Shown: one piece after another, positions 27,173 to 36,362 of the stretch
Layout: each line of letters starts with the position of its first letter
How positions within the stretch are numbered: the stretch's first letter is position 1
From: an uncultured Chloroflexia bacterium
GTDB taxonomy: Bacteria; Chloroflexota; Limnocylindria; Limnocylindrales; CSP1-4
Length of the DNA: 64,000 nucleotides
Assembly (NCBI GenBank): GCA_963713975.1
Contig: OY970218.1
Span: 2,688,001 to 2,752,000 of the forward strand
Direction of reading: 5' to 3'
The notes under the pieces: model-generated
What the model saw: the letters and a program-made list of their open reading frames with translations, nothing else
The model's database searches: none
Told to the model about the DNA's origin: nothing
Position numbers and translations under genes: made by a program

Positions 27173-28018
27173 GTGTCGACCGCCCCCGGGACCAAGGAGC
27201 CGGACGCCGGGGATCCCGTGCCCGACCTCGGACAGCGCCGGCGCCAGCTGCGCGTGGAGCACGTCATGGGTACGACGGCCTCCATCGACGTCCGGGAGCC
27301 GTTCGTCCCGGAGGGCGTCCTGGACGCCGTGATCGAGTGGTTCCACGACGTGGATCGCCGGTTCAGCCCCTATCGCGCGGACGGCGAGGTGACCCGCGTT
27401 GGGAGCGGTGAGCTTGCCTTCGAGGACGCCAGCCCGGACGTCCGGGCCGTGTTCACGCTGGCGGATGTGATGCGCCTGAGGACGGACGGATTCTTCGATC
27501 CGTCGGGCCATCGGCCGGACGGGCGCCGGGACCCGACGGGCGTCATCAAGGGATGGGCGGTGGACGAAGGGCTCTCGATGCTGCGCCTGGCGGGCGCCCG
27601 GAACGTGCAGGTGGTCGTCGGCGGGGATCTGGTCGCTGTCGGCCGCCCGGCGGTGGGACGTTCATGGCGGATCGGCATCCGGCACCCTGACCATCCCGAC
27701 CGCGTCGCGGCCGTCCTGGAGGTCTCGGATCTCGCGGTGGCGACCTCCGGGCTGTACGAGCGGGGCGGTCACATCAGGGACCCCCGGTCCGGGGCCGTGC
27801 CCCACGGCCTGCGGAGCATGACGGTCGTCGGGCCGAACCTGGCTGCCGCCGACGCCTACGCGACGGCCGCCTTTGCCATGGGCGAGCGGGGCATCGCGTG
27901 GGTTGCACGCCAGGAAGGGTTCGGTGCCATCGCGATCACTGCCGATGACCGGGTCATCTGGACGCCGCTCGCTCACCTGCTGCTCGTGCAGGATCCGGAC
28001 GCGGCCTCGGCCGACTGA
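27173..28018 (+). CDS. apbE: FAD:protein FMN transferase
   Basis: MGT, FSPYR, KGWAVD, GGD, W.IGI.HP, VATSG.YER, HI.DP and ADAYATA motifs; start approximate. Confidence 0.9.
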   Translation: MSTAPGTKEPDAGDPVPDLGQRRRQLRVEHVMGTTASIDVREPFVPEGVLDAVIEWFHDVDRRFSPYRADGEVTRVGSGELAFEDASPDVRAVFTLADVMRLRTDGFFDPSGHRPDGRRDPTGVIKGWAVDEGLSMLRLAGARNVQVVVGGDLVAVGRPAVGRSWRIGIRHPDHPDRVAAVLEVSDLAVATSGLYERGGHIRDPRSGAVPHGLRSMTVVGPNLAAADAYATAAFAMGERGIAWVARQEGFGAIAITADDRVIWTPLAHLLLVQDPDAASAD

Positions 28019-28046
28019 CCGCGGCCTCCCCGGGCCTCTCTCCTTC

Positions 28047-28063
28047 TCTCAGGCCTATCTCAT
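28047..28063 (+). promoter_or_regulatory. MprA-type direct-repeat box 5
   Basis: TCTCAG-gccta-TCTCAT upstream of the HtrA-like gene. Confidence 0.78.
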
Positions 28064-28119
28064 GGACGTGCGGTTGACTTGACGCTGCGAGCCACCGCGT
28101 TCCCACCCAGGAGCAACCG

Positions 28120-29028
28120 ATGACCTACCCGTTCGTCCCCGCCGAGCCCGAGCCGCCGGGCGGGACGCCGCCGGCCCCGCCCGCCCCGGTCGTGACCGCC
28201 GCGACACCGGAGCGACCGCGAGGCGGTCTCGGTGTGGGGCAGGTGTTCGCCGCCGCCGTTCTCAGCGCCGTCCTTGCGTCGGGGGGAACGGTTCTCGCCG
28301 TCCACGAGCTCGTGCCGCAGGCGACGCCGATCCCGGCCCAGGCCGTGGGCACCGCGACCAGCACGGGGACAACGACGGTCCAGGCGAGGGACCTGACAGA
28401 CGTCGTCGCCGCGGCCCGCCTGTCGGTCGTGACGATCTACGCGGACGGCCTGTCCGCGGACCAGTTCTCGCCCTTCGGGCAGCCCGTGAGCGGCGTGGGC
28501 TCCGGGATCATCCTGACCGGCGATGGCTACATCCTCACCAACCGGCACGTGGTTGAGGGCAGCTCCACCCTGAGCGTCGAGCTCGAGAGCGGCGCCACCT
28601 ATCCGGCCACGATCGTCGACCAGGCGTCCGACCAGGACCTCGCCGTGGTCAAGATCGACATGACCGGGCTCAGCGCGGCCCGCATCGGCGATTCCACGGG
28701 GATCCAGGTCGGCCAGACGGCGATCGCGATCGGCAGCCCGCTGGGCACCTACACCGAGACCGTGACCCGTGGCATCGTGTCCGGCCTCGGGCGTGAGATC
28801 ACAGTCCGCGACGAGCAGACGGGTCGTCCGACCACGCTGACCGGCCTCATCCAGACGGATGCCGCGATCAACCCCGGCAACAGCGGCGGACCCCTGCTCG
28901 ACGCGACCGGCGCCGTGATCGGCGTCAATACCGCGGTATCGACGAGCGCCCAGGGCCTGGGGTTCGCGATCCCGATCGCCGAGGCCGCGGCGCTGATCTC
29001 GCGCGCCACGTCGGGTGCCGGCGCCTGA
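28120..29028 (+). CDS. HtrA/PepD-like trypsin serine protease without PDZ domain
   Basis: TM anchor, GSG, TNRHV, DLAV, IQTDAAINPGNSGG; protein ends just after GFAIP. Confidence 0.92.
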   Translation: MTYPFVPAEPEPPGGTPPAPPAPVVTAATPERPRGGLGVGQVFAAAVLSAVLASGGTVLAVHELVPQATPIPAQAVGTATSTGTTTVQARDLTDVVAAARLSVVTIYADGLSADQFSPFGQPVSGVGSGIILTGDGYILTNRHVVEGSSTLSVELESGATYPATIVDQASDQDLAVVKIDMTGLSAARIGDSTGIQVGQTAIAIGSPLGTYTETVTRGIVSGLGREITVRDEQTGRPTTLTGLIQTDAAINPGNSGGPLLDATGAVIGVNTAVSTSAQGLGFAIPIAEAAALISRATSGAGA

Positions 29029-29057
29029 CACACCGCGCGCTCGCCCGCGTCCCAGTC

Positions 29058-29074
29058 TCTCAGCGGCTTCTCAT
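29058..29074 (+). promoter_or_regulatory. MprA-type direct-repeat box 6
   Basis: TCTCAG-cggct-TCTCAT; GACCAT -10-like element begins 10 nt downstream; heads the ABC/two-component run. Confidence 0.78.
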
Positions 29075-29128
29075 GGGCGGGCCCGACCATTCCAGTCAGC
29101 GTCCATCCACTGCGCCTGAGGCAAGCCC

Positions 29129-30295
29129 GTGAAGCTCAAGGTCCTGGTCATCGTCGTGCTGCTCGTCGCAGGCGGCGTCGCCGTATTCATGTCACTCGGA
29201 GGTCTGCCGTCAGGCGATTCCGCGAGCTCCACCTCCTACCTGACCTCGACCGCGGCCACGGGCGACGTGACCGACGAGGTCGCGGCCACCGGGACCATCG
29301 CCCCGGCCGCGAGCTACGTCCTCGGGTTTGGCTCGGCCCCGCAGCTGGTCGGTGACACCACGCCCGCCGTGGGTTCCGGTACCTGGACGGTGAAGGACGT
29401 GAACGTTGCCGTCGGCGATGCCGTCAAGGCCGGCGACGTGCTCGCGACAGCCTCCACCAGCGACCTCGTCAAGCAGCTCACGTCGGCGAACGCGTCCCTG
29501 GCATCCGCCAAGCTCGCCGAGAAGGCGGCCAAGAAGACGCGGACGGACGCGTCGGGCACCGATGCAATCCGGCAGGCCAAGATCGGCGTCTACAACGCGG
29601 CCAACGCCCGCCGCCAGGCGGAGTCGGATGTGGCGAGCCTCAAGGACCAGATCGCCCTCTCCAGGCTGGTGGCTCCCATCGACGGCACGGTGACCGCCAT
29701 CGCGATCGCCCCCGGCCTCGAGGCCACGGGCACCGCGATCACGATCGACTCCGGCGACTTCGAGGTGACCGCCGACGTGGTCGAGACGGACATTGCCTCC
29801 ATGACCCTGGGGCAGGATGCCACGGTGACGGTGAGCGCGATCGACGCGGCGATCGGGGGCAAGGTCGACACGATCGCCCCGGCAGCCGCATCCAGCAGTG
29901 GCAGTGGGAGCGTGGTCTCGTTCCCCGTCACGGTCGCGCTGACCGGCGCCCCGTCGACCCTCCGGTCCGGCATGACCGCCGACATCACGATCGTCACCTC
30001 CTCCGCCCCGAACGTCCTGATGATCCCCAGCGCGGCCCTGCGCGGCACCAGCGGCGACTACGCCGTCCAGGTGATGGGCGCTGACGGCACGGTGACGTCG
30101 ACGCCCGTGACCGTCGGCCTGGTGACGAGCTCCGAGGCCGAGATCACGTCCGGCCTGGCGGCGGGCGACGTGGTGGTCACGGGCATCAACACGGACCGCA
30201 TCGCATCGACGACCACCACGACCTCCGGCCGGGGCGGGCTCGGCGGCGGCGTCGCCATCCCGGGCGTGGGCGGCGGCGGCCGGGTCCAGCCGTGA
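29129..30295 (+). CDS. membrane fusion / adaptor protein (MacA/YknX-like)
   Basis: N-terminal TM, VGD.VKAGDVL lipoyl half, APIDG, LRSGMTA and EITSGL..GD.V motifs. Confidence 0.88.
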   Translation: MKLKVLVIVVLLVAGGVAVFMSLGGLPSGDSASSTSYLTSTAATGDVTDEVAATGTIAPAASYVLGFGSAPQLVGDTTPAVGSGTWTVKDVNVAVGDAVKAGDVLATASTSDLVKQLTSANASLASAKLAEKAAKKTRTDASGTDAIRQAKIGVYNAANARRQAESDVASLKDQIALSRLVAPIDGTVTAIAIAPGLEATGTAITIDSGDFEVTADVVETDIASMTLGQDATVTVSAIDAAIGGKVDTIAPAAASSSGSGSVVSFPVTVALTGAPSTLRSGMTADITIVTSSAPNVLMIPSAALRGTSGDYAVQVMGADGTVTSTPVTVGLVTSSEAEITSGLAAGDVVVTGINTDRIASTTTTTSGRGGLGGGVAIPGVGGGGRVQP

Positions 30296-30990
30296 CGCTC
30301 GAAGCGGCCCCGGTGACCGCCACGCCGATCGTCAGCCTCCGCGGGATCGGGCGGACCTACGACATGGGCACGGTCACCGTGCCCGCGCTGCGGGACGTGG
30401 ATCTCGACGTCAACCAGGGCGAATTCCTCGCCATCGTCGGCCCCTCCGGATCCGGCAAGAGCACGATGATGCACATCATCGGCTGCCTCGACCGGCCCAC
30501 GACCGGGACCTACCTGCTGGCCGGCCAGCCGGTTGAGGAGCTCGACGACGACGGGTTGGCCGGGGTCCGCAGCCGGACGATCGGGTTTGTGTTCCAGTCC
30601 TACAACCTGCTGCCACGGACGAGTGCCGTTGACAACGTCGCCACGCCGCTGCTCTACCAGGGCGTGGGGCGGGCGGAGCGGGTCCGGCGCGCAACGGCAG
30701 CGCTCGAGCGCCTTGGCCTGGCCGACCGCCTCGACCACGAGCCCAGCGAGCTCTCCGGTGGCCAGCAGCAGCGGGTCGCCGTCGCTCGGGCGATCGTCAC
30801 GGATCCGGCGCTGATCCTCGCGGACGAGCCGACCGGCAACCTCGACCAGGCGTCGGGCCACGAGGTCCTCGAGCTGCTGCGAGAGCTCAACACGGCGGGC
30901 AGCACGATCGTGCTCATCACGCACGACGCCGAGGTTGCGGAGGCCGCCGGCCGACAGATCCACATCCGCGATGGAAGGCTTCTCGCATGA
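30292..30990 (+). CDS. ABC transporter ATP-binding protein (MacB/LolD-like)
   Basis: [27 protein letters not shown] and ITH motifs. Confidence 0.95.
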   Translation: MTLEAAPVTATPIVSLRGIGRTYDMGTVTVPALRDVDLDVNQGEFLAIVGPSGSGKSTMMHIIGCLDRPTTGTYLLAGQPVEELDDDGLAGVRSRTIGFVFQSYNLLPRTSAVDNVATPLLYQGVGRAERVRRATAALERLGLADRLDHEPSELSGGQQQRVAVARAIVTDPALILADEPTGNLDQASGHEVLELLRELNTAGSTIVLITHDAEVAEAAGRQIHIRDGRLLA

Positions 30991-32177
30991 GGCTCATCGA
31001 GCTCATTCGCCTGGCCTTCTCGCGCCTTCGCACGGGTCGGCTGCGGGCCGCCCTGACGATGCTGGGCGTGATCATCGGGGTCGCGTCGGTGGTCGCGCTC
31101 GTCGGCGTCGGCCAGGGCACCTCGTCCAGCATCACCGATCGGCTGTCGAGCCTCGGCACCAACCTGTTGACGATCAACACGGCCGGAGCCAACGGCGGCG
31201 CCAGTTCCACCCTCACGCTGGGCGACTCGGAGGCGATCCGTGGCGTGGCCGGCGTCGCCGGTGTCGCGCCCGAGACACAGACCCAGGAGACGGTCGCCGC
31301 CGGGACGACCACGACCGACACCTCGATCATCGGAACCACGGCCGACTACGCGGCGGTCCGCGCCTACGACGTCTGGCAGGGCACGTTCCTGACCGAGTCC
31401 GCGGTCGAGAGCGGGCTCCGGGTGGCCGTCCTTGGCGCCACGACGGCGGACACGCTCGGGCTCGACGGGTCCGCGATCGGCACCGACATCACCATCGCGG
31501 GTCTTCCGTTCCGGGTGATCGGCATCCTCCAGCCCAAGGGAAGCTCCGGCTTCCAGGATCCCGACGACCAGGTGATGGTGCCGGTAGGGATCGTGGAGAA
31601 GTACTTCGTGGCCGGTGACGGCGTGCGCACGATCGGCGTGAGCGTCGCGGACGAGTCCCAGATGACCGCCGTCCAGGACGACATCACGTCCCTGCTGCGG
31701 TCGCGCCATGGACTGGCTGCCACCGACGACGATGACTTCAGCATCCAGGACCAGGCCCAGCTGCTCGCGACGGCCTCGTCGATCAGCGGGACCCTGACGC
31801 TGCTGCTTGGCGGGATCGCCTCGATCTCGCTGATCGTGGGCGGCATCGGGATCATGAACATCATGCTGGTCTCCGTCCGCGAGCGGACGCGGGAGATCGG
31901 TATCCGCAAGGCCGTCGGCGCCCGCGGCCGCGACATCCTGGCCCAGTTCCTCATCGAGGCACTCACGCTGTCCGCCCTCGGTGGCGTGATCGGGATCGTG
32001 GTCGGCCTCACCATCTCGGGCCTGATCGCCCGGGTCGGCAACATCACCTTTGCCTTCAGCCCAGCCACCCTCGCCGTCGCCCTGCTGTTCAGTCTGGCCG
32101 TCGGCGTGGTGTTCGGCGTCTGGCCGGCCCGCCTGGCCGCCCGCCTCGACCCCATTGCCGCGCTTCGCTACGAATAG
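30987..32177 (+). CDS. ABC transporter permease (MacB/YknZ-like)
   Basis: [34 protein letters not shown] and [10 protein letters not shown] motifs. Confidence 0.95.
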   Translation: MRLIELIRLAFSRLRTGRLRAALTMLGVIIGVASVVALVGVGQGTSSSITDRLSSLGTNLLTINTAGANGGASSTLTLGDSEAIRGVAGVAGVAPETQTQETVAAGTTTTDTSIIGTTADYAAVRAYDVWQGTFLTESAVESGLRVAVLGATTADTLGLDGSAIGTDITIAGLPFRVIGILQPKGSSGFQDPDDQVMVPVGIVEKYFVAGDGVRTIGVSVADESQMTAVQDDITSLLRSRHGLAATDDDDFSIQDQAQLLATASSISGTLTLLLGGIASISLIVGGIGIMNIMLVSVRERTREIGIRKAVGARGRDILAQFLIEALTLSALGGVIGIVVGLTISGLIARVGNITFAFSPATLAVALLFSLAVGVVFGVWPARLAARLDPIAALRYE

Positions 32178-32190
32178 GAGAGCACGTCCC

Positions 32191-32907
32191 GTGACCACGC
32201 CGCCGTTCGACCCGGGGAACCCCTCGTCCATCTCGCCCGGGGACCGCACCGAGCCGGTTCCGCCCGTCCCGCCCGTCCCGCCCTACCAGCCCGTGTTCCA
32301 GCCGGTGGCACCCGAGCCCGCTTCCGCGCCGATCCCGGCGGTGCCCGTCCCGGCGTCGCCGGTCCGGCGCACCTCGTCCGGATCGTCGCGCGCGATCAAC
32401 GTCGTGCTGGGGGCTGCGGTGCTCATCGCCGTCGCGGGCATCTCGTTCGCCGCAGGCCGCGCCACAGCACCCGCGGCGTCGGCGACGAGCGCCTTCGCGG
32501 GCCGCAACGGCGGTGCAGCCGTTCCCGGCGCCAGCTTCGATCCCAACGGGAATGGATTTCCGGATGCCAGCGGCCGGCCCGGAGGCTTGACGGGCAACGG
32601 CACGGGCACCGGCCGGGATGGCTTCGGCGGCCTCAGCGGCGGGCTCGTGATCGAGGGGACCGTGGATTCCGTGGCTCCCGACTCGGTCACGATCATGACG
32701 GCCGAGGGCACCACCGTCACGGTGGGGACCGACTCGAGCACGACGTACCATTCCGCCACGCAGGCCGCGGCGTCGGACGTCACGGCAGGTGACACCGTCA
32801 AGCTCCAGGTGGCCGGCGGGTTCCCGCGCGGCGGCAATGGCGGCGGTACGGGCGACAGCGGCTCGGTCGCGCTCGGCACCGCCGGCGACATCACCATCGT
32901 CCCCTGA
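32191..32907 (+). CDS. hypothetical single-TM protein with Gly-rich linker and beta-rich C-terminal domain
   Basis: AGGAG RBS; Pro-rich N-terminus, TM ending FAAGR, G.V....DSVTI...T.Y...GDTV pattern. Confidence 0.7.
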   Translation: MTTPPFDPGNPSSISPGDRTEPVPPVPPVPPYQPVFQPVAPEPASAPIPAVPVPASPVRRTSSGSSRAINVVLGAAVLIAVAGISFAAGRATAPAASATSAFAGRNGGAAVPGASFDPNGNGFPDASGRPGGLTGNGTGTGRDGFGGLSGGLVIEGTVDSVAPDSVTIMTAEGTTVTVGTDSSTTYHSATQAAASDVTAGDTVKLQVAGGFPRGGNGGGTGDSGSVALGTAGDITIVP

Positions 32908-32929
32908 TCCGGGGGCCCAGAGGCACCAG

Positions 32930-33607
32930 ATGCACCTCCTCCTGGTCGAGGACGACGAACGCCTTGCCCGCGCCCTGACCCGCCTGCTCGAGGGCGACCG
33001 CCACGTCGTGGAGCACGCGCCCGACGGACGGACCGGGATCGAGCTCGCGGAGGCCATCGAGGGCCTCGACGCCGTCATCCTCGACATCGGGTTGCCGGAC
33101 ATGTCCGGCCTCGACGTCGCCCGCCGGATCCGTGCGGACGGCGTCGAGACCAGCATCCTGATGCTCACCGCCCGCGACACGGTCAACGACCGCGTGATCG
33201 GCCTCGATGCCGGCGCGGACGACTACGTCGTGAAGCCGTTCTCGTACCAGGAGGTCTCGGCGCGCCTGCGGGCCCTCGCCCGACGTGCCGAACCCGGTCC
33301 GCGGCGCCCGGAGCCCAAGCTCCAGTCCGGGTCCATCGTGCTGGACGAGGCCGCTCGCCGGGTGACGGTCGATGGTGCGACCGTGGACCTGAGCCCACGC
33401 GAGTTCTCGCTGCTGGAGGCGCTCCTCCGCCATACCGGCCAGACCCTGACGCGCGACCAGCTCCTGGATCTCGCCTGGCCGTTCAGTGTCGCGGTGACCC
33501 CGAACGCCGTGGATGCCTACGTCCACTACCTCCGAACGAAGCTGGGCGTTGCCGGGTCCCACCTCGAGACCGTGCGCGGCGTGGGATATCGCCTTTCCGA
33601 TGACTGA
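32930..33607 (+). CDS. OmpR-family response regulator (MprA-like)
   Basis: LVEDD, ILDIGLP, MLTARD, GLDAGADDYVVKPF, N.VD.YV.YLR.K and TVRGVGY motifs. Confidence 0.93.
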   Translation: MHLLLVEDDERLARALTRLLEGDRHVVEHAPDGRTGIELAEAIEGLDAVILDIGLPDMSGLDVARRIRADGVETSILMLTARDTVNDRVIGLDAGADDYVVKPFSYQEVSARLRALARRAEPGPRRPEPKLQSGSIVLDEAARRVTVDGATVDLSPREFSLLEALLRHTGQTLTRDQLLDLAWPFSVAVTPNAVDAYVHYLRTKLGVAGSHLETVRGVGYRLSDD

Positions 33608-35015
33608 CGGAGCCCGGGTCGACCCTCTCGAGGACGGTCCGGAGCGGGCGGTCCTCGCCGATGAGGCGCGCCTGTTGCGGCGGGTCCGGCTGCGCCTGGT
33701 GGCGTGGAGCGGCATCTCAACGCTGCTCGTCCTGCTGCTCCTCGGGGCTGCCCTGTATGCGGTCGTGGCGAACACGCTGGCGGCAGCCAGCGTCACCCAG
33801 CTCGCGAGCCGCGTCGACCCCTGGGTGACGGTGCTCGAGGGAACGGATCCCAACTCGGACCAGTCCCCAGGCTTCGGGTTCCAGCCGGGGCGGGGCAACA
33901 CCTTCCTGTTCGCGTTCGACGACGGTGGCCAGGTCGTCCAGCTGGGCCGCGAGCGGGTCGTGGTGCTGCCCGGCATGCCGGAGCCCGCCAGCCTCGCCGC
34001 CGCCCGTGCGGCCCCGGACGGACGGGACGTGCGCACGGTGGACGTGGAGATGGGCCCCGAGCCAGTTCCTTCCCGGCTGCTGACCCAGAGGGTCGTCTAC
34101 GCGGCCGACGGCCAGACGTATTTTCTTCAGGCGCTCCAGGACCGCTCGACCGAGGTGGACACGCTCAACGCGCTCCTGGTCGCGCTCCTCGCCGGCGGGC
34201 TCGTAGCGGTCCTCGTCTCCATCGGACTGGGCATGGTCTACGCGCGGCGCGCCCTCGTCCCGATCCGGGAATCCCTGGCCGCCCAGCGGACCGCCCTCCG
34301 CCGCCAGCGCGAGTTCGCCGCGGACGCCAGCCATGAGCTGCGGACGCCGTTGACCGTTATCCGAGCGTCGGTGGAGCACCTCGCCCGCCACCGCGACGAG
34401 CCGCTCGGCAGCTCGTCGGAGGCCCTCGACGACATCGATGCGGAGGTTTCGCACCTGTCCCTGCTCGTGGACGACCTGCTCCTGCTGGCCCGCTCGGACT
34501 CGGGTGCCGTGCCGCTGGACCGGATGCCGCTCGACCTGGGTGACGTTGCGCTCGATGCCGCGGCCGCGGTGGGTCGCACCGCGGGGGGGCGGGGGGTCCT
34601 CGTCCGGGTGGACCCCGAGCCGGTCATGCTCGTTGGTGACCCCGCCCGACTGCGCCAGCTGGTCATGATCCTGGTCGACAACGCCGTGCATCACAGCCCC
34701 CGGGGCGGGACGGTTGACGTCATCATCCGACGGCAGCCCGGCTTCGCGTCGGTCGAGGTCGCCGACCAGGGACCCGGGGTGCGTCCGGAGGACATGGCGC
34801 ACGTGTTCGACAGGTTCTATCGCGCCCCGGGGGCACCGTCCGGCGGGACGGGGCTCGGTCTCGCCATCGCACACTGGATCGTGGAGCGTCATGGAGGCCG
34901 CGTCGGCGTTGCCAACCGGGTCGGCGGCGGTGCCGTGTTCAGGATCGAGCTCCCAGTGGGCGACGAGGGAGCAGCCTCGACGCCGGCCACCGGAACGGAC
35001 GTCCGTTCGGGTTGA
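33600..35015 (+). CDS. sensor histidine kinase (2 TM, HisKA, HATPase)
   Basis: QREFAADASHELRTPL, LVDNA, D.GPG, FDRFYR and GLGLAI motifs. Confidence 0.93.
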   Translation: MTDGARVDPLEDGPERAVLADEARLLRRVRLRLVAWSGISTLLVLLLLGAALYAVVANTLAAASVTQLASRVDPWVTVLEGTDPNSDQSPGFGFQPGRGNTFLFAFDDGGQVVQLGRERVVVLPGMPEPASLAAARAAPDGRDVRTVDVEMGPEPVPSRLLTQRVVYAADGQTYFLQALQDRSTEVDTLNALLVALLAGGLVAVLVSIGLGMVYARRALVPIRESLAAQRTALRRQREFAADASHELRTPLTVIRASVEHLARHRDEPLGSSSEALDDIDAEVSHLSLLVDDLLLLARSDSGAVPLDRMPLDLGDVALDAAAAVGRTAGGRGVLVRVDPEPVMLVGDPARLRQLVMILVDNAVHHSPRGGTVDVIIRRQPGFASVEVADQGPGVRPEDMAHVFDRFYRAPGAPSGGTGLGLAIAHWIVERHGGRVGVANRVGGGAVFRIELPVGDEGAASTPATGTDVRSG

Positions 35016-35052
35016 GCGGACCCTCTGCCAGGGGCTGCCGCGGGCCGCTGCG

Positions 35053-35125
35053 TGCTACCCTCTGGCCATCCTGAGGGCCGGTCCCGTGAGGCCGGCGTCG
35101 CGGTCCCGTGAGGCCGGGTAGGAGG
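35053..35125 (+). promoter_or_regulatory. carAB leader: extended -10, two PyrR-like binding loops, RBS
   Basis: TGcTACCCT at 35053-35061; CGGTCCCGTGAGGCCGG at 35079-35095 and 35101-35117; AGGAGG at 35120-35125. Confidence 0.7.
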
Positions 35126-35132
35126 AAGACCA

Positions 35133-35189
35133 GTGCGCATGCGCATGCCCGCCCGCGGCCTTCGCCCGCCGCGGCCCGCCGGGGCCTGA
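35133..35189 (+). CDS. putative 18-aa leader peptide MRMRMPARGLRPPRPAGA
   Basis: AGGAGG 7 nt upstream of the GTG; its TGA directly abuts the carA GTG. Confidence 0.5.
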   Translation: MRMRMPARGLRPPRPAGA

Positions 35190-36362
35190 GTGACCGTTCC
35201 ACCGTCCATCGGACAGCCGCCGCTGCCGCGCGCCGACGCGATCGTCGACCCTCGGGTGGGCGACGCCGGTCCAGCGCTGCTGGCGCTGGAGGACGGCACC
35301 GTGTTCCCCGGCATCGCATTCGGTGCCGGCTCGGCGTCTGGCGGGGACCTGGTGGTCAACACCTCGCAGACCGGCTACCAGGAGATCGCGACGGATCCCT
35401 CGTATGCGGGCCAGGTCGTGGTGATGACGTACCCCCTGATCGGCAACTACGGCCGCCTCGAGGCGGACGACCAGTCGGAGCGACCCTGGCTGCGCGGGCT
35501 CGTGGTCGCGAACGCGACGGCCGCGGTCCTCGACGATGCGCGACAGCTGGCCACCCTCCTGCGGGCCAACCGGATCCCCGCCATCGCCGGGGTCGACACG
35601 CGGGCCCTCGCCCGCCACCTCCGGGCCAGCGGCTGCCTGCGCGGGATCATCACGGAACCGGGCATGACGGACCCGGACGCGGCCGTCGCGCTTGCCCGGG
35701 CCGTGCCCCGCTGGGAGGACCAGGACTTCGTGGCCCAGGTCTCGCCGGCGGCGGTCCGCGAGATCGGTGAGGTCGGCGAGGATCCCGCGGTGCCCCTGGT
35801 CGCCATCGTTGACTTCGGGCTCAAGGCAAGCATCGTCGGCTCCCTGCGCCGCCGTGGTGTCCGCGTGCGCATCCTGCCGCACACCGCACCGGCCGGGGAG
35901 GTGCTGGCCGCCGACGTGTCCGGGATCGTGCTGTCCCCGGGCCCCGGCGATCCGGCGCGACTGGCCGGTCCCGTGGCGCTCGCCCGGACGATCATCGACG
36001 ACGGCCGGCCGCTGCTGGGCATCTGCCTGGGCCACCAGATCATCGGGCGCGCCGCGGGGGCCGAGACGAGCCGCCTGCGGTTCGGGCACCACGGGGCGAA
36101 CCACCCGGTCCAGGACCTGGACACGGGGTACGTGCAGGTGACGGCCCAGAACCACGAGGTCCAGGTGGTGGGGGACAGCCTCCTGGCGAGCTCGGGCTTC
36201 CGCGTCAGCCAGCTCAACCTCAACGACCGCTCGGTGGAGGGCCTGCGCCACGCGGAGAAGCCCATCGAGACCGTGCAGTACCACCCCGAGGGCGCGCCAG
36301 GGCCACTCGACGCGCTCGCCGTGTTCGACCGGTTCGTGGCCGCCTGCCGGCGCAGCGCGTGA
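35190..36362 (+). CDS. carA: carbamoyl-phosphate synthase small subunit
   Basis: LEDGT.F, TGYQE..TDPSY.GQ, GICLGHQ, HGANHPV and QYHPE motifs. Confidence 0.97.
   Translation: MTVPPSIGQPPLPRADAIVDPRVGDAGPALLALEDGTVFPGIAFGAGSASGGDLVVNTSQTGYQEIATDPSYAGQVVVMTYPLIGNYGRLEADDQSERPWLRGLVVANATAAVLDDARQLATLLRANRIPAIAGVDTRALARHLRASGCLRGIITEPGMTDPDAAVALARAVPRWEDQDFVAQVSPAAVREIGEVGEDPAVPLVAIVDFGLKASIVGSLRRRGVRVRILPHTAPAGEVLAADVSGIVLSPGPGDPARLAGPVALARTIIDDGRPLLGICLGHQIIGRAAGAETSRLRFGHHGANHPVQDLDTGYVQVTAQNHEVQVVGDSLLASSGFRVSQLNLNDRSVEGLRHAEKPIETVQYHPEGAPGPLDALAVFDRFVAACRRSA

Noticed and set aside
11249-35015. Genomic island integrated at tRNA-Lys
   Set aside because: No integrase or transposase, no duplicate of the tRNA 3' end seen, and no evident shift in GC or codon usage
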